Shown: one piece after another, positions 20,365-30,547 of the stretch
How the letters are laid out: every line of letters begins with the position of its first letter
Numbering within the stretch: position 1 is the stretch's first letter
NCBI RefSeq assembly: GCF_006345805.1
Contig: NW_021831672.1
Location: 1-34,512, forward strand
Reading direction: 5' to 3'
DNA: 34,512 nucleotides
Source of the DNA: Octopus sinensis
Taxonomy: Eukaryota
Translations under genes and position numbers: made by a program
The notes under the pieces: generated by a model
Seen by the model: the letters and a program-made list of their open reading frames with translations, nothing else
Database searches by the model: none
What the model was told of the DNA's origin: nothing

Positions 20365-20905
20365 TTCATCGAAGGGAGAGCCCTACAAAATAAACAGAAA
20401 CTTAGATCTACGATAATTATAACCTATATGGTTTCTCAGAGAAAGAGATATTAATCCTTAAATATAAATAAAATATCGTAATTTCACTAAGTCTTTCAGA
20501 AGTAACTAAATTAGTAGTTACTAGAATAAAAATTATTCAAAGTTCTTGTGTTCTTATAATGGTCCTTGTATTCTTACTGCAACACGCTAATTTAGTTACT
20601 TCTGAAAGACTTAGTAATATTTTGAAATACATTATTTATAGTTTATGATCTCTTTATCTAAGAAATAATATAGGTTATATTTATTGTAGATCTCTATTTT
20701 ATGATTATGTTTTTGCTTGTTTACATTTCCGGAATTCTCCCTTCGGCAATTTACGTAAATAAGGACCATTATTTGTTATCTACTTTGAATAATCTTTATT
20801 CCAGTAACTTCTAATTTAGTTACTTTTGAAAGACTTGGTAAAATTTAGATATTTGTATTTATATTCATGGTTCATTATCTCTTTATCTATAGGTTATAAT
20901 TATCA
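20365..20905. repeat. AT-rich ~224-bp unit: one inverted copy plus ~1.4 tandem copies
   Basis: 20486-20514 is the exact reverse complement of 20587-20615; third copy (2 mismatches) at 20811-20839; homology extends over flanking blocks. Confidence 0.85.
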
Positions 20906-20906
20906 T

Positions 20907-21055
20907 TGGCAGAATCGATAGCACACCAGACGAAATGCTTAGCGGTATTTCGTCTGCCGTTACGTTCTGAGTTCAAATTCCGCCGAGGTCGACTTTGCCT
21001 TTCATCCTTTCGGAGTCGATTAAATAAGTACCATTTACGCACTGGGGTCCATGTA
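20907..21055 (+). mobile_element. SINE family B, truncated at both ends
   Basis: TGGCAGAATCGATAGCAC...GTTCAAATTCCGCCGAGGTCGACTTTGCCTTTCATCC...GCACTGGGGTC. Confidence 0.9.
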
Positions 21056-21244
21056 CTGTCACAAGCTTTGTCGGGGCCACCTTAACAGCATTAAGGGCCT
21101 TCGAACAAATCAATGCACTGTGTCCCATTGCATTTATGTATTGACAGCAAACCACAGAATACAGAGATTAGAATTGGGCCCCTGGGCCTGTGGGACCCAT
21201 AGGAAGCTATTCCATGAGCCCATGTCTTAAGACGGGATTGGGCT

Positions 21245-21724
21245 TTGTACCTCTGCTTCTTCTTTTTCTTTGCTTCCCTCCTCCCACTTTCCTTTTCCTT
21301 CGCTTCTTCCTTCACTCTCTTCCCTCCCTCTCCCTATCTCTCCCTCCCTCTCTTGCACCTCTTTTTCCTCCCCCACCTCTTCCTCCCCTCTCGTCTACTT
21401 CCCCTCCTCTACTTCTTTTCCTCCACTCCTCCACAGCTTCATCTCATCCTTCCTTCATCACTACCCCTTTTTATCCACCCCTCCTCCTCCTCCTCCTTTT
21501 CTTTATCCTTCCCGTCTTCCTCCCCTCTTCTCCTTCTTCTTCTTCTTCTTCTTCTTCTTCTTCTTCTTCTTCTTCTGCTTTTACCTCGTTTTCCTCCTCG
21601 TCCTCCTCCTATCCCTGCTACTGTTCTTCCTTCAGCCGGCTGTCCCTTTTCCCTCGTTTCCCTCTTTATCCCTCACTTACTCACCCCCGCTCTAACCATG
21701 ACCACTCACTCCTACACACACACA

Positions 21725-21771
<47 letters not shown>

Positions 21772-22274
21772 CATAGATTCATTTTCCTACATAACCATTA
21801 TCCACCAAAATACCCCGACCTCCGTCCCACACCTCGCTAAACACCTTGTACTACCCTTGTCTTCTACCCATCCAGCAACCGCCCACCCCAATACTCAACC
21901 TACCCGTTTCTCGGCATACCAACTCTATTTATACTCCAAGGTGAACTGTTACATCTCACCTACTCCTTCTGACCCTGAATATTAAGGAAATACCTGGCCA
22001 CTCACCACCTGCCGTTTCATAATCTCCACCACGCCACCGCTCTCAAAGTACATGCAGCTGTGCTGTCGCTTCTATCACCGCTACTACCATCACCACTACG
22101 TTATGTCCACCACCACCACCACCACCACTACCACCACCACTATCACTTCCACCATGGTCATCATCATCCTCTTCCTTACCCTCCTTTTTCTACTCATCAT
22201 AACTAAAGAACCACCGGCAATGTTTTACAACCACCACCACCACCACAACCACCACCACCACCATCATCATCATC

Positions 22275-22306
<32 letters not shown>

Positions 22307-22500
22307 GTCGTCGTCGTCATCGTCGTCGTCATCATCATCATCATCGTCGTCGTCGTCGTCATCAGCATCACCATCATCATCAGCAGCAGCTGCAGCACGG
22401 CTATAAAAAACACCGGCAATGTTTCACCAACACTGATACTACCACTACCACCAAAGCCACTACCGCCACCACCACCACTACAAACACAACTACCAACATT
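21245..22500. repeat. Pyrimidine-rich low complexity plus (CTT), (CA), (CAC), (CAT), (CGT), (CAG) repeats
   Basis: Directly visible; ~21780-22050 is non-repetitive. Confidence 0.9.
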
Positions 22501-22731
22501 ATCACTGTCGCCAACAGAGAACCTGTGTGTGGTCACTCGAGCTGATAAACACAGCAGCTAAATCTTCAAATCCCACACCGCCATTAAAACCAATACACAT
22601 TTTAGATAATGTAAATCCTAGATACTATCAAGGTTGGTCGCGGTTGGATTGTCATATGCCTGCTCCGTCAATGTTAACATGGAGTTAAAATGCAACAGCA
22701 ACAGCAACGATGTAGTCAAAAATGACTACAT

Positions 22732-22952
22732 CAGTGGTTCGCAACCCTTTCACTACCAAGGACCCCTTTTGTTTAAATGAGTTTTCCCACGGACTCCAGG
22801 ATATTGAAAGCTCTGTCAGCTTAACATGTTCACGGACTCCCACTTACTACCTTAGGGAACCACCAGGGGTCTGCGGACCACCAGGAGTCTGCGGACCACC
22901 AGGGGTCAGCGAACCACCAGGGGTTTGTGGACACACAGGTTGGGAACCACTG
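22732..22952. mobile_element. hAT MITE with 8-bp TSD and four subterminal 18-bp repeats
   Basis: TIRs CAGTGGTTCGCAACC and GGTTGGGAACCACTG (14/15); TSD GACTACAT / GACTATAT; ACCACCAGGGGTCTGCGG-type unit x4 at 22859-22930. Confidence 0.9.
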
Positions 22953-23593
22953 GACTATATCGTCTTCGTCAACAACGGATGTAAGAAAAATATAGGCGGC
23001 GTAGAAATTTCTGAGGTTCAATTTTTAGCAGTGTTGTTGTTGTTGTTTGTGGTGGTGATGGTGGTGGTGGTGGTAATGGTGGTGGTGGCGGCGGCGGCGG
23101 CGGCATTGTCGTCGTCGTTGTAGTGGTCGGAATAAATACTTGGTGAAGTGATTAGAGCGAAGCTGTAGGCCTGGGAAGTGGTAGTTCAACCGTATCAAAG
23201 AGTTTATAGTAGCGGCAGAAAAGGCAGGCAGAGAGGATCCCTTCTCCTAGCATATCCGTGGGCTGGGGGTAAGGGTGTTTGAAGTGTGTTACTGAGGTAC
23301 TTCATATCTCAAAGTCGAGAGGCGAGACCTTTCTTTGAGAGTATTTTTAGGATATCTTTGATTATACTGTAAGAGTTCCTGGGTTTTGGGTAAAAGAAAA
23401 TACAAGAGGATCAGTTAATTATGATTTAATTCAACATATTCCCCTCTGAGATTCACACACACATGGCAGTGGTCTTTCAGTATTTCTAAGTCCTGTAAAA
23501 AGAACTCGGACGGTTGGGCCTCCAACCAGACTCTTCGCGGTATCCTTAAAGCCATGAACTTTTCGACACCCTCTTGTAATATATAGTCTAAAC

Positions 23594-23780
23594 CAGGGTT
23601 CTGCCAGTACAGTCCAGGGGTTTCGCAAGAAGTTACAAAACTGCTAAAATCGGCAGTAATTTTTAATTCTCCTGTGCAGATATGTGTGCATATAACTATT
23701 AAATTATTGCACAGGGGTTCCTCGAGCCAGTGGAATGTTTCCTTGGGGTTCCGCTCCAGCAAAAAGTTTAAAAAGCACTG
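23594..23780 (-). mobile_element. hAT MITE, second copy of the 17726-17922 family, TSD GTCTAAAC
   Basis: Body is nearly identical to the reverse complement of 17726-17880; GTCTAAAC at 23586-23593 and 23781-23788. Confidence 0.92.
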
Positions 23781-24019
23781 GTCTAAACATGTAGCGTAAA
23801 TATGCAAACATCACTATATTTCTAAATCCTGATGCACTTCACATGGAAACTTTGATCTTTTAAAGTTGTCTTCTTGCATAAGTCGACCTAGCTGTAAATT
23901 TAGGTTTGAATAATTCGACTTTCATGCCGGAAAATACTGCTTGATTAGGGACGACACAGGGATAAAACAATAGTATCAGCAACAACACCAACAACACCGA
24001 CAATAACAAGTTACGACTT

Positions 24020-24435
24020 TTTCACCACCACCACCACCACCACCACCACCACCACCACCGCCACCACCATTAACATCGCCACCTCCATCACCGCCACCTC
24101 CATCACCGCCACCACCATCACCGCTACCATCATCACCGCCATCACCACCACCGCCACCACCATCACCTCCACCATCATCAACACCACCACCATCGCGGCC
24201 GTCACCATCACCGCCGCCGCCACCATCACCGCCGCCATCATCACCACTACCACCGTCACCATCATCGCCGCCGCCACCATCATCACCGCCATCACCACCA
24301 TCACCTTCATCATCAACACCACCACTATCGCCGCCACCACCATCACCACCGCCACCATCACTGTCACCACCGCCGCCGCCGCCAACACTGCCATCGCTAC
24401 CTCCATCATCACCACCACCACCACCACCATCATAA
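24020..24435. repeat. Long degenerate (CAC/CAT/CGC)n trinucleotide array
   Basis: Directly visible; source of the Gly/Asp-rich and Val/Met-rich minus-strand ORFs. Confidence 0.95.
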
Positions 24436-24814
24436 CCGCTGCAGTTACTAAATGCTATCATGTGCCCTAGTGAAGTAAAAGCTAATCCTTTACCAGTTGC
24501 CTGACCCCAAAATCTAACCCCTAAATCTGCAAGCCTAGCCCTTCCCTTAAAGCAACAAACCAGTAATTTTCTTTAATTGCCATCTGTTTGACTCCCTTTA
24601 TCCCATCTACTTCGCTCTCTCCTACCTCTCCGTATATCTCTTTCTCCCTCTTTACCACACTCCTTTAATTCCTTTCATACCCTCTCATTAACTATATGCC
24701 TTTCTCTCTCTACCTTCCTCTGTTATTATTTAATATGCTTCTATTATGTTTCAATGTACGGTGATGATAATGATGGTTATGATGATGATGATGATGATGA
24801 TGATAATGATGGTT

Positions 24815-24850
<36 letters not shown>

Positions 24851-25069
24851 ATTAGGATGTAAAAATATGTGTGCATGCGTGTCGTTTCTGCGTCTCTATG
24901 TACCTCGGCCCCAAACCCACTTCCCCGTTAATTAGCACGTGCTTGATATATAATACATATATCACACATATTGTGAGTGCTTGTGCGCACATACATACAT
25001 ACATACATACATACATACATACATGTGTGTGCGTTTGTGCATATATATATAATATATATCTGTATGCGC

Positions 25070-25224
25070 ACGAATACACACGCGCACACAACATTGTACA
25101 TGCAACGATTATATAAATATACATGTTTTGTGTGTATATATATATATATAATATATACAAACACAAAACATGTATATTTGTATAATCGTTGCATGTACAA
25201 TGTTGTGTGCGCGTGTGTATTCGT
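25070..25224. repeat. 64-bp inverted repeat (63/64) with a (TA)-rich loop
   Basis: 25070-25133 versus 25161-25224; the single difference would be a G-U pair in the plus-strand transcript. Confidence 0.97.
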
Positions 25225-25560
25225 AGATAAACTTAGATATGTTTCGTCCAAAGATTGGTCCCGGCCATGTCTAACTTAATAGCACCACCTGATAGGATTG
25301 TCTAAATCCTGTTTAACTCAAGGTTTGTTTATGGTCCATTCAATTAGTGAGTTCTTGTTGGGTGAGGTGTATCCAATTATGACTGGCTTATCCGGTATTC
25401 CTTGAAGAAATCTGTCCTGACTCCGTTTAAAGTTGATGGGATCCTTTTCCTCTTTGATCTCTTTCGGGACAATGTTAAACAGGGCAGGGCCTGTTGAGGA
25501 AAAGAAATTATATATGTATGCCCTAATTCTCCGCAAATTTTGCGGGTGCCGCCGACATGC
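25225..25560 (-). mobile_element. 3' fragment of a CR1-group LINE
   Basis: NFFSSTGPALFNIVPKEIK...FKRSQDRFLQGIPDKP...GY....NSL resembles the invertebrate CR1-type ORF2 C-terminus (NSFxxxGPxLFNxLP...FKxxLDxFLxxIPDxP), followed by a short 3' UTR. Confidence 0.75.
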
Positions 25561-26055
25561 AAAGTCTTCATTATTATTATTAAAGGAATAAGACTGAGTA
25601 TAAATATTCGGTTAATAACTGATGTGTCTATCCTACGTGTACGTTTTTTTAGTTATCGTTAATTAATGCATTTTTCATTTATTGAGTAACTGAGCGCCAT
25701 GCATCCCAAATTTTGATAACAGTAAGTTTTTATATATACGCACTAACACACTCGCACCAAGTTTCAGAGCTTGTGTCAATGGTACAAAGGTGATCATGTA
25801 AACGTATATTAAGTACTATATGTACATATCCCTCTCTCAATGTATTTACACACACACACACACACATATATATAATTACTCTGCTAAGACGGTAAATTAA
25901 TTTCTTTGCTCGTAGCTAACACTGCGTGTGCCCTATTATAATCATATATATATATATATATATATGTAAGGCAAGGAAGAAGATGGAGAAGAGGTCCAAT
26001 TGCCAAACATCAGTAAGATTTATTTACTCTAATCGTAGGGATAAATAAATAAATA

Positions 26056-26220
26056 AATACAACTTATGTATGTATGTATGTATGTATGTATGTATGTATG
26101 TATGTATGTATGTATGTATGTAGGTATGTATGTATGTATGTATGTATGTATGTACGTATGTATGTGTGAGTGTATGTATGTATGTGTCAGTGTATGTATG
26201 TATGTATGTATGTATGTATG

Positions 26221-26250
<30 letters not shown>
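26056..26250. repeat. (TATG)n microsatellite
   Basis: Directly visible. Confidence 0.98.
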
Positions 26251-26251
<1 letters not shown>

Positions 26252-26254
26252 CGT

Positions 26255-26372
26255 GCGCGTGAACGTGTGCGTGTATCTTTTCTGTCCTCCATCCCAACAT
26301 TTGACAACCGGTGTTGGTTATTTTATGTCCCCATAACCTCGCAGTTCGGCAGGAGAACCGATAAAATACATA
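26255..26372 (+). mobile_element. SINE family A-related 3'-half fragment (left arm of an inverted pair)
   Basis: TTGACAACCGGTGTTGG...ATGTCCCCATAAC...GTTCGGCAGGAGAACCGATA. Confidence 0.75.
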
Positions 26373-26487
26373 CATGCATATCAGTTTGATGCTCGGGAAA
26401 ATGAAAATATCTTTTGTTTCGAGCCTACGCTCTTCGACTGAAAAAAAAAAAAGAGGTAATAAACAGAGAGAATGAAAAGACGTGTAC

Positions 26488-26760
26488 TTACGGGACGTAA
26501 ACACACTAACACCGGTTGTCAAGTGGTAATGGTGGGGGGGGGGGACAAAGATACACACACATACACATATACATGTGAGTGGATTTGGCAGACAGAAACT
26601 GAAAGCAGCCCATATATGACGGGATCGTTTCAGTTTCCGTTTATCAATCCACTCGCAAGGCTGAGATTACAGTTGAAGACACTTGTCCAAGGGGCCACGT
26701 AGTGGCACTGAACTCGGAACCATGTGGTTGGTAAGTAAGCTTCTTACAACGCACAACCAT
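26488..26760 (-). mobile_element. SINE family A with an internal inverted duplication
   Basis: Minus-strand 3' and 5' halves, with a plus-strand copy of GTGAGTGGATTTGG...GAAAGCAGCCC at 26575-26611. Confidence 0.8.
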
Positions 26761-26764
26761 ATTC

Positions 26765-27028
26765 ACGAATAACAACGGGATTGCATCCAGAAAGTTCTCC
26801 TCGGAGGCACAAGTCCGGTCAAGGTTGTTCATGCAGTCACACATTCATACGAGTCTCCCCGTCTCCACGCAACCCGTGTGGCCGATATAGCACCAGTGAC
26901 GTCACAACCTGGAGCAACGTGAAATAAATGTCTTGCCCAAGGACACAGTACATAACCAGGTGAGGGAATCGAACTCACGGCCTCACGATTGTAAGCCCGA
27001 CACTGTGACTACTGAGCCATGTGACTAC
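26765..27028 (-). mobile_element. tRNA-derived SINE (family D)
   Basis: Reverse strand ATGGCTCAGTAG...GAGTTCGATTCCC, then CTTGGGCAAGACATTTATTTCACGTTGCTCCAG, shared with 32445-32687. Confidence 0.75.
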
Positions 27029-27049
27029 AGTATAGTCACTACACGCGCG

Positions 27050-27110
<61 letters not shown>

Positions 27111-27404
27111 CACATAATGTCAATTAAGTGCATAGACGCTGTAGAAACAGCGGGGATGACAAAGTTTGTAAAATTTAATTTTGGGTTTGGAATTGATGTA
27201 ACTGCGCCGAATAAATTGATTTAAAACTCTTCGCAAACTAACTGAAATTGATTGAATAATTATATATTCTCACAAATTTTAAAACACTTTCTGCAATTTA
27301 TAAAAGTATTTAATGCCTTTAAACTGTTGACTTCTTAAAATTTCAGTTGTTTAGAGTTCGCTGTATCGTCGGCGTGGTTCTATAATCCATAGCGTTTACC
27401 GTAT

Positions 27405-27620
27405 GCCGGTTTCAGTCATTGGATTGCGACCATGCTGGAGTACTGTTTTGAAATGTTTTAGTCCTACAAATCGAACCCAGTTCTTATGTATTAAGTTTGC
27501 TAAGTATTTTATCGGTTTCTCGTGCCGAACTGCGAAGTCAAGGGGGCGTAAACAAACCGATACCGGTTGTCAAATGTTGGGATGGAGGACAGAAAAGATA
27601 CACGCACACGCTCGCGCACA
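27405..27620 (-). mobile_element. SINE family A-related 3' half (right arm of the inverted pair)
   Basis: TTTCAGTCATTGGATTGCGACCATGCTGGAG tail; shares 49 identical bp with 26264-26312. Confidence 0.8.
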
Positions 27621-27678
27621 TATACCTACCTACCTACCTACCTACCTACCTACCTACCTACCTACATACATACATACA

Positions 27679-27710
<32 letters not shown>

Positions 27711-27944
27711 CCTATTTCTTTATTACCCACAAGGAGCTAAACATAGAGAGGACAAACAAGGACAGACATAGGTATTAAGTCGATTACATCGACCCCAGTG
27801 CGTAACTGGTACTTAATGTATCGACCCCGAAAGGATGAAAGGCAAAGTCGACCGCGGCGGAATTTGAACTCACAACGTAACGACAGACGAAATACCGCGA
27901 AGTATTTCTCCCAACGTGCTAAGATTCTGCCAGCTCGCCGCCTT
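27711..27944 (-). mobile_element. SINE family B (B1 tail), full length
   Basis: Collinear with 30831-31066; reverse-strand tail TGTCCTTGTTTGTCCTCTCTATGTTTAGCTCCTTGTGGGTAATAAAGAAATAGG. Confidence 0.92.
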
Positions 27945-28399
27945 AATGATTCTGCCACCATAGACCTCCTATGGTTTCCGTCTACCTATCTTACTTCGTG
28001 CATCAATTCGGAATGACTGGTTAGCGAGGCACCTCACCAAATGTTGACGACTAGCACAAAATAACTATAGCATTAATAGCTGTGACGTGGGGGTATCTCA
28101 ACAGTTTAGATTTTTCTCTTTATAAATACCTCTTACTCTAAAAATAAACATACTACATTGAATAGTAAACATGTAAAGTTTGTGTGGTGTGAAATAGAGT
28201 CGAAAAGGACCTCGCGTATACACAGAAGCTTAAAGAAAATAATTAACTAGTTTTTATGGCAATAAACTCACTCCGTAGGTGACAGGAGCTTAAATTACAT
28301 TTGAATTCCCACTGGGATGATTCTGGATTTGTGTGAAACCGGAAGAGTTTTGCAAACGTTTCTTCTTCTTCCTCGAGAACGGGAAGCAACGAAGGAGCG

Positions 28400-28787
28400 T
28401 TCGACGTACTAACTCAATTTGCAAGAAATATAAAGCTAAAATTGCTTTTAAATAGCATTGGTTCAAAACTAAATAAATACGCGTAGAAAGAGCTGCGTGG
28501 TTAAGAAGCTTGCTTTTGCAATCATGTGGCTTTGAGTTCAGTCCCTGTTCGACGTAATAGCAGCTACTGCAAGAAATATAAAGCTTAATTTGCTTTTACA
28601 TCTCATTCGTTCAAAAGGAAATCAATAGACGTAGACAGGGCTGTGTGGTTAAGAAGTTCTCTTTTCATCCACGTGATTCCGGGTTCTGTCCCACTGCCCA
28701 GCACCAAACCTGGACGAATGTTGTCTATTACATAGTCTTTCGAGTCAACCTTATGAGTGAATTTAGTAAATGGAAACTGTGCGGAAG

Positions 28788-28790
<3 letters not shown>
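28400..28790 (+). repeat. Old ~148-bp tandem duplication including a family A SINE head; second head continues into the SINE body
   Basis: TTCGACGTA...GCAAGAAATATAAAGCT..TTGCTTTTA...GCTG.GTGGTTAAGAAG...GTCCC occurs from 28400 and from 28548. Confidence 0.75.
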
Positions 28791-28831
<41 letters not shown>

Positions 28832-28987
28832 GTGCGTACAGTGAAATCTGAAAAGACTATATGCACATTCATTCTTAATATGACCTGGAATATTTGAATG
28901 CAAATACGCTGGTCGCTGCTGTGCACGTCATAGGAGAACAATTCACTTTTATCAAGACATTGCGTTCATAACACACTAGGATCATAT

Positions 28988-29046
28988 GCGCCAGAGATTC
29001 TGGGACACCGGTGTTTCGACATGTTTTGTCTCATCAGGTAGAGGCG
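28988..29046 (-). ncRNA. Hammerhead motif H6: canonical core, stem II and stem III; stem I broken
   Basis: Reverse strand: CTGATGA-GACA-aaaca-TGTC-GAA-ACACCGGTGT-C. G10.1-C11.1 pair, 10-bp palindromic stem III, GUC triplet. Confidence 0.7.
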
Positions 29047-29289
29047 TACTCGTACTCATTGTACCACCTTCAAGGCTTTCAGCTGAACAGTTGCACCCGG
29101 TACCTATCTTTAAATCTTCTAATTAATTTGTCGGTCTCTCCAAGTTAACAAACGGTTGTCTTAAACAATTCTCAAGCTGTGGTGGAAGGGACTCACACAC
29201 ACACACACACACACACATACGACTTCGATCAGCTTCCACAATTTCCGCCTACTAAATTCACTCAATGTATGATATTGCGTTCCGTTTAT

Positions 29290-29321
<32 letters not shown>

Positions 29322-29341
29322 TATTATTATTATTATTATTA

Positions 29342-29372
<31 letters not shown>

Positions 29373-29440
29373 ATTATTATATTAATATTATTATTATTAT
29401 TATTATTATTATATTATTATTATTATTATTATTAATATTA

Positions 29441-29494
<54 letters not shown>

Positions 29495-29550
29495 GACTAT
29501 GATTATGATTATGATTATTATCTTTATTATTATTATTATTATTATTATCA
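29290..29550. repeat. (TATC)n then long (ATT)n microsatellite
   Basis: Directly visible. Confidence 0.97.
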
Positions 29551-29739
29551 TTTGTTATATCTTCACTCAGCATTTTCCTTCGTGTTCTTAATCACATTAG
29601 TAAACACACCTCTAGCCGTTATATATCGAGACGATATTAGTGTCTTAAGATATTCTGATAATATCATATCTCGCTGTTTATCCGATAACTAAAATTCAAT
29701 AAATCATTATTTGAACGACGGCGACGATGACCGCGACTA

Positions 29740-29785
29740 AGAAGAAAGAAGAAGAAGAAGAAGAAAGAAGAAGAAGAAGAAGAAG

Positions 29786-29817
<32 letters not shown>

Positions 29818-29843
29818 GTAGTAGTTGTAGTTGTAGTAGTAGT

Positions 29844-29900
<57 letters not shown>

Positions 29901-30024
29901 CAGCAGCAGCAGCAGCAGTTAACTGAAATGGATAGTTTAACGTCGGTTTTATGTCAAAATGCAACAAGTTTCAACATGAATTTTCTTTTCCATTAAAATA
30001 GTTTTGCAAACAATTCATGCCATA

Positions 30025-30055
<31 letters not shown>

Positions 30056-30180
30056 CTTCTTCTTCTTCTTCTTCTTCTTCCTTCTTCTTCTTCCCTTATC
30101 TTTTGCATTGGTCTGACCATTAAAAATATAGAGTAACAGTTTTCAAGGAAAATATTACATTAATAACTGTAATAATAATA

Positions 30181-30258
<78 letters not shown>

Positions 30259-30340
30259 AACAACAACAACAGCCAAAATGATAAGAGTAATGGTGATAAT
30301 AACAGCAACAACAATAATAATAATGATAATGAATATATGA
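29740..30340. repeat. (GAA), (GTA), (GCA), (CTT), (AAT), (GAT), (AAC) microsatellite cluster
   Basis: Directly visible. Confidence 0.95.
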
Positions 30341-30547
30341 ATAAATAAAAATTAAAAGTTACTATCCTTGAATTAAAAACAAAATCCATCATTCTAAGAA
30401 TCAATGAAACCGATATTCTATAAATCTATTGATGCATTTACCAAAATTAATGACCTCAATTGCTAATTTCAAGCTACATCGACATAAAGCGTGTGATGTA
30501 TCTAAGACTAACTGGCGCAGAAACTTTGCTTTAATGGTTTTTAAGAG

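Noticed and set aside
21190-21985. Long Pro/Ser/Leu-rich ORFs (216 and 246 aa)
   Set aside because: Pyrimidine-rich low complexity is open in all three frames; no recognisable motif.
22859-22930. Four 18-bp direct repeats as a CRISPR-like array
   Set aside because: Head-to-tail with no spacers, inside a hAT MITE, in eukaryotic DNA.
23976-24461. 161-aa Gly/Asp-rich ORF resembling a structural protein
   Set aside because: It coincides with a degenerate CAC/CAT/CGC array that is open in several frames; similar arrays occur at 22050-22500 and 23030-23125.
27224-27360. Weak inverted repeat AACTCT..AAAC(T)AACTGAAATT as MITE ends
   Set aside because: About 20 bp with indels in AT-rich DNA, no TSD and no second copy.
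29320-30215. Nested complementary microsatellites (ATT)n-(GAA)n...(TTC)n-(AAT)n as a giant fold-back
   Set aside because: The unique spacers between the repeats are not complementary, so the symmetry is probably coincidental.
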